The notes under the pieces were generated by a model. That model worked only from the letters and a program-made list of their open reading frames with translations, did not search any database and had not been told where the DNA came from. Positions 57,185 through 64,000 of a stretch of 64,000 nucleotides of DNA are shown piece after piece (position 1 is the stretch's first letter; each line of letters begins with the position of its first letter). A program made the translations under genes and the position numbers. This DNA comes from Candidatus Hikarchaeum yamanae (GTDB lineage Archaea; Halobacteriota; Halobacteria; Halobacteriales; Hikarchaeaceae), in the NCBI GenBank assembly GCA_009889635.1, contig WTZQ01000003.1, forward strand, positions 72,417 through 136,416, written 5' to 3'.

Positions 57185-58429
57185 ATGGTACAGATTGACC
57201 ATAAGAAGAAATCATATACAGAGACATTGGTCCAATTTTGCCGGGCTTTGAGGGAATCAGGGACGAGAATTTCGGTTGATGAGTCTATTTCTGCGGCAAC
57301 TGCATTGAGAGAGATAGATCCCACTAATAAAGATCAATTTTACTATGCATTATATACTAGTTTGATAGACAACCCAGAAGAAAAAATCCAATTTGATGAA
57401 TTGTTTAATTACTATTGGGAAGAAACGTGGAGGGACGGGTTAGAAGATGGGGATGACAGGGTAAAAGAAGATGTGGAGAGTAGAGCAGGATCTAAGGAAG
57501 AAAAACTATCGGAAGTGGAGGTTAGGAAGCCATTGGAAGCGTCGATGTTGGGTGAAAATAAAAAAGGTAAAAATTCAGAAAGTCAAGATAAAAATCTTGT
57601 TTCATCCGAAGTGGAAGAAAGTAAACAAGATAAGATCGGTACAAATGAAACAGATAGTGTTTTTTTTGAAGGAGGGCTAGAAGAAAAGGCCCAAGTAATG
57701 GAGAGCTCATTTGGGGATTTTGGATCGGATCAAATAGTATTTTGTGTAGGGGAAATGGGAGACAAAATAGGAACGATAAGAGGGTATGAATCTATCCAAG
57801 ATAAAAATGGTTTGATCGATTTGAGGCGGTCGATGGGAGTTATTAAAGAACTTCCCCCCGACAGACTCCCTAGAATAAATAAAGACAAATCGTTGGTCAA
57901 AATGTCGATGTTTATTGATGTGAGTAGATCGATGATCAGGAATATAGACCGAGAATTTTTGTTTAAATTTGTGTTTGAATGTGTGCGCCAATATGCAGAA
58001 ATCAGAGTGTTCTTTTTCGATACAGATATAACGGAAGTGACAGAATATTTTCAGACACCGAGTCTCAAAAACTCAGTCGAGGAGATGGAGCGCGCCAGAA
58101 CAAAATGGGGATCTGGGACACGAATAGGAGAATGCATAGACAAGATTATTTCGAAAGATCCGTTTATAGTTGATCGGGATACTGCAGTGGTGATAGTAAG
58201 TGATGGATGGGATGCGGGAGATTTGGGTGTTTTGTCTAAACGAATGGCAGAAATAAAGAGAAAAAGTAATATTTCGATTTGGTTGAATCCACCAGCAAGT
58301 TCAGATAATTATGAGCCAGAGGTCAGGGGGATGAAAACTGCACTTCCGTATATTGATTATTTTTTTGGATTCAACTCAATTGAGGATTTAGAGAAAATGA
58401 CCAGGAGTTTAAAAAGTAGTTTGCCGTAA
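57185..58429 (+). CDS. VWA domain protein (CoxE-like)
   Basis: MIDAS DVSRSM, W.SGTRIG, IVSDGWD.GD, WLNP. Confidence 0.87.
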   Translation: MVQIDHKKKSYTETLVQFCRALRESGTRISVDESISAATALREIDPTNKDQFYYALYTSLIDNPEEKIQFDELFNYYWEETWRDGLEDGDDRVKEDVESRAGSKEEKLSEVEVRKPLEASMLGENKKGKNSESQDKNLVSSEVEESKQDKIGTNETDSVFFEGGLEEKAQVMESSFGDFGSDQIVFCVGEMGDKIGTIRGYESIQDKNGLIDLRRSMGVIKELPPDRLPRINKDKSLVKMSMFIDVSRSMIRNIDREFLFKFVFECVRQYAEIRVFFFDTDITEVTEYFQTPSLKNSVEEMERARTKWGSGTRIGECIDKIISKDPFIVDRDTAVVIVSDGWDAGDLGVLSKRMAEIKRKSNISIWLNPPASSDNYEPEVRGMKTALPYIDYFFGFNSIEDLEKMTRSLKSSLP

Positions 58430-58447
58430 GAGGAAAAATAGAGGGAA

Positions 58448-58888
58448 TTATTGAAACACAGTTTGGAGGTTTGTCCCAATCTCGTCTATGCGTTTTTTTG
58501 CTACGTGTTTAATCATTCGGAATCCAATTGAAGCTAATTTTCCACTTACTTCGACGTCCATTGTGTACTGAATTCTAGTTTCTTGTCCTTCTTCAGATAA
58601 TTCGAATGTTGCAGTCCCTTGAACACTTGTATTGCTACCGGGAGCCTCACCAGTTATAGTTAGTTTGACCAGGTCGGGGTCACGTATTTCGACTAGCTCA
58701 AGTTCGGTTTCAAGTTTCATTGAAATTTTGGAAACTTTTTCATTTAAAACTGCCACATACTTGTTATCTTCTACTTTTTCTACAGATTCACAATTGGGCA
58801 GGATTTTTTGAATCATTTCTGGTTTTTGCATTTCGTCGAAAACAAATTGTCTTTCTGCAGGGACTAGGATATCTCCTTCAAATTCCAT
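58448..58888 (-). CDS. CoxG/SRPBCC family protein
   Basis: MEFEG, P...LPNCES, VSGKLASIG.RMI. Confidence 0.85.
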   Translation of the reverse strand: MEFEGDILVPAERQFVFDEMQKPEMIQKILPNCESVEKVEDNKYVAVLNEKVSKISMKLETELELVEIRDPDLVKLTITGEAPGSNTSVQGTATFELSEEGQETRIQYTMDVEVSGKLASIGFRMIKHVAKKRIDEIGTNLQTVFQ

Positions 58889-59026
58889 GGTAGATTATTG
58901 GTGAAGAGCTAATTTAAACCTTGTTTACTGTGCCGAGGAGGGATGGAGAGGCCATAAAACAGGGACTCAGAGGAATCGATTAAAAACAAAGCCGATAATA
59001 TACCTCACGCACAATGAGAAAGTATA

Positions 59027-59788
59027 GTGACAAATGCTCAATTGACATTGATACAGATAGATAATTATGGACCGTGGACGGTGACTCCAAAACCTAGAAG
59101 AGAAGTGGATCTACAGACACTTCAGTCAAGATTATATGCAGACTTTTCGCAATTGTTTGGCATGAAAAAGGGATATGTTTTTTTCTCAAGGTTTGACAAC
59201 ATGATTGCCGTAACGAATGGAATCGATAGAGAATATCACGCATTGATCCAAGAATCGATTGGGAATCGATATCCCGTAACAGTTAGTCTGAGTATAGCGA
59301 GTGACAAAGATCCCGCAAAGGCCCTCGGGAAAGCAACTTCTCAATTACAAGTGACAGGTAGTGCCCAAGATAGTAGCCGTGTGCAGATTTTAGAGGGAGA
59401 ACCTATAGAGGAAGAAAAACGGACAGAGAAAGATCTTCAAATAGCGCACTTTGACGTGAATGATGCAACTGGAAAGTATACTGATAAATTGAATGAATTT
59501 GATGCATTTATTGAAATAGAACATGGGTATGCGGAATTGATGCGATATATGCGCAAGGAATATAGCTCTTTGTCATTTTTTGTAGGGGGTGACAATGTTA
59601 TTACAGTATGTTCGGAGTTGGGAGAGAAAGAATATGAGAAAGCCATTAATCATGTTCAGCAAGAAGTGGGTGTAGAACTAAAAGTTGGGGTTGGATGGGG
59701 GAGATTGGCCCAAGATGCGGGGATGGCAGCAAAACATGCACTAGAACGTTGTAGAGAAGATTCGACTATGATTGAATTCGAGTACTAA
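59027..59788 (+). CDS. gch3: GTP cyclohydrolase III (IIa)
   Basis: QIDNYGPWT, LQTLQSRLYAD, FFSRFDNMIA, AHFDVND, FFVGGDN. Confidence 0.93.
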   Translation: MTNAQLTLIQIDNYGPWTVTPKPRREVDLQTLQSRLYADFSQLFGMKKGYVFFSRFDNMIAVTNGIDREYHALIQESIGNRYPVTVSLSIASDKDPAKALGKATSQLQVTGSAQDSSRVQILEGEPIEEEKRTEKDLQIAHFDVNDATGKYTDKLNEFDAFIEIEHGYAELMRYMRKEYSSLSFFVGGDNVITVCSELGEKEYEKAINHVQQEVGVELKVGVGWGRLAQDAGMAAKHALERCREDSTMIEFEY

Positions 59789-59805
59789 AGATAGTTGGTT
59801 AAAGA

Positions 59806-62238
59806 TTATAATTCGCGCAGGCCTGCTTCAACTAGAGCTGGTAAGACTCTAGAAGGGGACAGAGGTAGCGTTGGGAAGCGAATTCCGGTCGCATCTGCAA
59901 CGGCGTTTGCTACAGCAGGAAAGATAGTTACAGTCGCGCATTCTCCCAATCCTTTTTGTCCAAATGAAGTGGTTGGGTCAGGAGTTTCTACGTGGATAAT
60001 TGAATCTTCAGGTAGCAAAGGCATGTCTGCAACGGTTGGTAAATGATAGTCAAGTAAAGTTCCAGTTGCAAGTGAGCCATCAGATTCATACTGATACCCC
60101 TCAAGAAGGACCTCTCCAAGGGCTTGGATTACGGCCCCTTGGACTTGTCCAGAGGCTAGTTTTGGATTGATTATAGTCCCGGCATCTTCTGCAACTGCGA
60201 TATCAACTATATCGATTTCCCCAGTGGATAGGTCAACATCTACAACAACGGCTGCGGAAGAGAAGGTATAAACATGAGATACACTCCCAGTACCATATTC
60301 ATCCATAAATTCACCTTCTTGGGTTTCAAATCGTGCTTCGCCAACAAGGGAAACTCCACCTTGTAAATCGGAGGGGCGGTTGGTTTGGTCACCATATGTA
60401 GCAAGATTTGCAAACTCTTCAATTGACATCCCATTTTCTGGTTTATTGGATTCGAAGATTCGGTCGTTGGAGATGATTACATTCGATTCAGAAATATTTA
60501 GCAGATGAGCAGCTAGTCGAATGATTTTAGCTTTGAGGTTTTGTGCAGCCATGGTTGCGGCAGTTCCTGCGAAAACAGAGGAACGGTCCCCCCAAACCCC
60601 CATATCTTCGGGAGTTATATCAGTATCTCCAATGACTATATCCACACGGTCCACGGAGACGCCCAGAGTGTCAGATACCATTTGAACAATACCAGTGGTG
60701 GTCCCAGTACCAATACTAGATGTTCCTGAAAAAACAGTGACAGATCCAAAACGGTCCATGCGAACAATTGCTCCGGAGTAATCTGCTCCTTTTGCACTTT
60801 TGTTCCCGTTGCGTTGCATAACAGTCCCCATTCCCACTCCGCGGAGTTTACCATCTTTTGTTCGATGGCCACCGCGATTTGAATCCCAATCAATACGTTC
60901 TCGGAGTTGAGTGAGGCATCCATATACATCCATATCCCGGAGTTTTAATCGTGTTGCAGTTCGCAAAGGGAGATCGGATATTTTGGGCACATTAAGTAGG
61001 CGTAAATCAAATGCATCCATACCTAGCTCCTCTGCAGCGAGGTCTATGAGCTGTTCAATTGCATACATAAATTGGGGATTTCCAAATCCGCGTACTGCAG
61101 TCCCAGGCATTATATTTGTGTAAACTAATTTATACCGAATTTCTTGGTTGGGTATGAGATAAGGGCCTCCACAAGTGAGTGCTGAAGATTTGGCAATCAC
61201 AGCCCCATAGTTTGCATAAGCTCCAGTGTTTTGGAGCATATCTATATCAAGCGCCAACATTTTCCCTTCTTTTGAAAGGGCCAATCTTCCATTCATGGTT
61301 TCGTCGTAACGCCCACGTCCAGCTTGCATTTCTTCAATTCGATCTAAAAACATTTTAACAGGTTTTCCAGTGTACATAGAAAGAACGCATGTTGCAACGT
61401 GATGAGAATATCTACCAACTTTTGCTCCAAATCCCCCTCCAACATCTGAGATTTTACAGATTATATTCGTGGGGTCTAGGTCCACAACTGCAGTGGCTAT
61501 AAGTTCGGGTAATCGGTGGGGAACCTGGGTAGATGCCCAAAGGGTTAGTTTTTGACTTCCATTATTCCAATCTGCTATACAACCATGAGGTTCGAGAGGA
61601 GACGGATTCGTTTTATTATTTGTAAAGGTTGCTTCCACAACTACGTCTGCATTAGAGAGGGCAGTTTTAGTATCACCTCCAACGGTTTTTCCAGCATAGA
61701 TTAGATTTCCATTTATCGGATTTTTTGGGTCGGAAGATAGGTGCGGGTGGATGATAGTGGCACTATCAAGTAAGGCCGATTCCGCGTCGATTACAGCGGG
61801 TAATTTTTCATATTCGATCTCGACCGAGTCTGCTGCTTCTATCGCGGTGTTTCTATCTTTTGCCAACACAATCGCTACTTCATCCCCAACATATCGAACT
61901 CTATCGGAGGCAAGTACCTCTTCATCCACAAAACCTAGATGTTTCGCGTTTTCAGGATGGCTAAATGGGAGTACATAAGGATCAATATCCTCGGCAGTCC
62001 AGACTAGTTCTACACCAGGAATATCCATGGCTTTAGAAGTATCAATATTTAAAATTCTAGCATGGGCATGGGGACTGCGAACAAACCGTGCGTGAAGCAT
62101 TCCAGGAAGTACTATATCATCTAAAAATCTGCCAGTACCAGTTACAAGTTTTCTTCCAATTTTGGTATTAATTCGCGCACCTACTACAGCGCTGGTAGAA
62201 GCAACTTGCTTGGGCGATTTGAGTTGGGCTTTGCTCAT
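59806..62238 (-). CDS. xanthine dehydrogenase family molybdopterin-binding subunit
   Basis: VTGTGRFLDD, VGGGFGAK, TAVRGFGNPQ, KGLGE. Confidence 0.92.
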   Translation of the reverse strand: MSKAQLKSPKQVASTSAVVGARINTKIGRKLVTGTGRFLDDIVLPGMLHARFVRSPHAHARILNIDTSKAMDIPGVELVWTAEDIDPYVLPFSHPENAKHLGFVDEEVLASDRVRYVGDEVAIVLAKDRNTAIEAADSVEIEYEKLPAVIDAESALLDSATIIHPHLSSDPKNPINGNLIYAGKTVGGDTKTALSNADVVVEATFTNNKTNPSPLEPHGCIADWNNGSQKLTLWASTQVPHRLPELIATAVVDLDPTNIICKISDVGGGFGAKVGRYSHHVATCVLSMYTGKPVKMFLDRIEEMQAGRGRYDETMNGRLALSKEGKMLALDIDMLQNTGAYANYGAVIAKSSALTCGGPYLIPNQEIRYKLVYTNIMPGTAVRGFGNPQFMYAIEQLIDLAAEELGMDAFDLRLLNVPKISDLPLRTATRLKLRDMDVYGCLTQLRERIDWDSNRGGHRTKDGKLRGVGMGTVMQRNGNKSAKGADYSGAIVRMDRFGSVTVFSGTSSIGTGTTTGIVQMVSDTLGVSVDRVDIVIGDTDITPEDMGVWGDRSSVFAGTAATMAAQNLKAKIIRLAAHLLNISESNVIISNDRIFESNKPENGMSIEEFANLATYGDQTNRPSDLQGGVSLVGEARFETQEGEFMDEYGTGSVSHVYTFSSAAVVVDVDLSTGEIDIVDIAVAEDAGTIINPKLASGQVQGAVIQALGEVLLEGYQYESDGSLATGTLLDYHLPTVADMPLLPEDSIIHVETPDPTTSFGQKGLGECATVTIFPAVANAVADATGIRFPTLPLSPSRVLPALVEAGLREL

Positions 62239-62741
62239 CAGGATCCCTTGTTTATTCGGTGTGCCGCGTCCTGGACACTTTCTATAATTTTAGTATATCC
62301 GGTGCATCTACAGATATTTCCAGCTAAACCGAATCGGATTTCGTCTATGGTGGGGTTAGGGTTTTCATTTAGTAATGCAGTTGAGGCGATAACGAAACCT
62401 GGCGTGCAGTAACCACATTGCATACCATGATTGTCCCAGAAAGATTGTTGGACTGGGCTGAGTTTTCCGTGGTCATCTAAACCTTCAACCGTGGTTACGT
62501 TTCTGCCATTAGCCTGCGCCGCTAGTACGTTGCAAGATTTTACTGCTTTTCCATCAAGTAAAACGGTGCATGCACCGCATTTTGCAGTTTCACAACCGCG
62601 ATGAGTTCCAGTAAGATATAGATGCTCTCGAACATATTCTGATAATAGAGTTCTTGCAGGGATGATTTCACCCGTTTTGGATCCATTTACAGTTATGGTT
62701 ACTATTAACTCTGATTGTGGTTCTTGGTTTGCATTAGACAT
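62238..62741 (-). CDS. (2Fe-2S)-binding subunit (CoxS-like)
   Basis: GCETAKCGACTV, QCGYCTPG, NICRCTGY; start at ATG 62741. Confidence 0.93.
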   Translation of the reverse strand: MSNANQEPQSELIVTITVNGSKTGEIIPARTLLSEYVREHLYLTGTHRGCETAKCGACTVLLDGKAVKSCNVLAAQANGRNVTTVEGLDDHGKLSPVQQSFWDNHGMQCGYCTPGFVIASTALLNENPNPTIDEIRFGLAGNICRCTGYTKIIESVQDAAHRINKGS

Positions 62742-62743
62742 TT

Positions 62744-63607
62744 TTAAGCACCTCCTTGGGCACAATCTACCGCAGTGGTAATTGCACGTTTGGATAAAGT
62801 TTTCATTAATTCTTGTTTGAATAGAATAGACCCTTCTGCGTCTTCAATTGGGTCTGAATTTTCGCCAATAGATATGGCAGCTTCTGTGATGAGTTCAGTT
62901 GTGGGTTTTTGTCCGAGGAGAATGTTTGCTGCATCCTCAGAAAAGGTTGGCCCGGGTTCAATTGCACCAGTTACTATTTTTGCTTGAGAGATGAGGTCGC
63001 CTTCCAGGGTTATTAGTGCACCAACAGTGGCTACGGGGTAGGCGCCTTCGCTCGGCTCCCATTTTTCATATCCCACCCCCGTCGGGGAAGAAATCTTGGG
63101 GAATCGAACTTCGGTTATGAACTCATCTTCCTCTAGATTGGTGGCGTAAAAACCCTGGAAGAAATCGCTTCCGGAATAAATGGTTTCGCCGCGAACAGAT
63201 GTAGCTTGGATTTCAACATCTAGAAGAGCAGATAGGACAGGAGGGTCCCCTGCAGGATCTGCATTGGCAACAGATCCACAAATAGTACCCCGGTTTCTAA
63301 CTTGTACATCTCCAATATGGGATGCTACTTGAGATAGAACGAGACAATGATTCTTTACAGTTTCAGATTCGGCGACTTCTGCGTGTCGCGCAGTTGGTCC
63401 AACTTTTACTTGTTGGTTTTCAAAGGTTATGTAATTGGCATTTTTTAGTCCATTGATATCAATAAGACAAGAAAGGTCTGCTGCTCTAAGGCGCAAAAGT
63501 GGTAGAAGGCTCTGGCCACCTGCAATTAGAAATGCATTTTCCTGCTCGGATAGCAACTGACAGACTTCATCAATAGTTTCTGGACAAATATAGGTAAAAT
63601 CCCTCAT
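62744..63607 (-). CDS. molybdenum hydroxylase FAD-binding subunit (CoxM-like)
   Basis: IAGGQSLLP, IGDVQVRNRGTICGS.ANADP; start moved to ATG 63607. Confidence 0.9.
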   Translation of the reverse strand: MRDFTYICPETIDEVCQLLSEQENAFLIAGGQSLLPLLRLRAADLSCLIDINGLKNANYITFENQQVKVGPTARHAEVAESETVKNHCLVLSQVASHIGDVQVRNRGTICGSVANADPAGDPPVLSALLDVEIQATSVRGETIYSGSDFFQGFYATNLEEDEFITEVRFPKISSPTGVGYEKWEPSEGAYPVATVGALITLEGDLISQAKIVTGAIEPGPTFSEDAANILLGQKPTTELITEAAISIGENSDPIEDAEGSILFKQELMKTLSKRAITTAVDCAQGGA

Positions 63608-63709
63608 GATTGGTGTTTTCCACGGTAAATTACCTCTTTGACTATAATGACGTTTGCGGTACGACGGTTTTGCGAAAAGATCTTTTTGTAAGAGGAACAG
63701 GAATTCAAT

Positions 63710-64000
63710 ATGGCAGATATATTGATTACCGATGGTGTCGTGATTACGATGGATTCGGACAGATCCGTTATTGAAAATGGAGCAATTGCAATTGAAGGTG
63801 AACAGATCATTGACGTGGGCCAATCAGAGGATATTAAATCAAGTCACGATGCGGACGTGGTTATTAGTGCAGAAAAGCATGCAGTAATACCAGGATTGAT
63901 AAATACCCACACACATGTTGCAGATATTCTTTTAAGAGGGGGCGGACAGACAGATAGGGCTCTTTATGATTGGTTATTTAATGTGACTAAACCTGCCCGG
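63710..64000 (+). CDS. amidohydrolase family protein (MTA/SAH or atrazine/cytosine deaminase-like), 3'-truncated by window
   Basis: Manual translation MADILITDGVVITMD...GAIAIEG..I..VG...PGLINTHTH (HxH); absent from the ORF track because no stop occurs in the window. Confidence 0.88.
   Translation, partial: MADILITDGVVITMDSDRSVIENGAIAIEGEQIIDVGQSEDIKSSHDADVVISAEKHAVIPGLINTHTHVADILLRGGGQTDRALYDWLFNVTKPAR

Noticed and set aside
25065-62238. True (form I) aerobic CO dehydrogenase
   Set aside because: No AYxCSFR loop in any of the three large subunits.
63608-63823. 72-aa N-terminal extension of the CoxM-like ORF
   Set aside because: Overlaps the divergent amidohydrolase and promoter region; family similarity begins at MRDFTY.

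Overview
64-kb archaeal chromosome segment with a Halobacteria-type gene repertoire and order (trpDFEG-nrdJ, DUF2298/GT2/GtrA, phoU-cinA-DUF2110-tfe-trm56, rnp4-yhbY-SRP RNA, DGGGP synthase, gch3). It is AT-rich (about 40% GC by eye, not computed) and its proteins are not strongly acidic, which best fits a marine halobacterial relative such as Hikarchaeia/Marine Group IV (inference). It carries three canonical tRNAs (Val-GAC, Arg-TCG, Thr-CGT), the SRP RNA, an Fe3+ ABC transporter interrupted by a bacterial-type ferrochelatase, a photolyase, and three different xanthine-dehydrogenase/CoxL-family molybdoenzymes with CoxD/E/G accessory genes. Most notable: (i) a tRNA-shaped RNA with a non-canonical anticodon arm, plus a Cys-rich uORF, just upstream of hemH; (ii) a Xer-like recombinase locus flanked by a 3x38-bp repeat array and dif-like ATAA-N6-TTAT sites, near an apparent strand-composition switch; (iii) an in-frame PurL::GuaA chimera; (iv) a 4-copy, exactly 18-bp-period operator array before a small DNA-binding protein; (v) a CTP-riboflavin-kinase::HAD phosphatase fusion inside a flavin/molybdoenzyme heterocycle-catabolism cluster. 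All product calls come from motif recognition only; no database searches were run.
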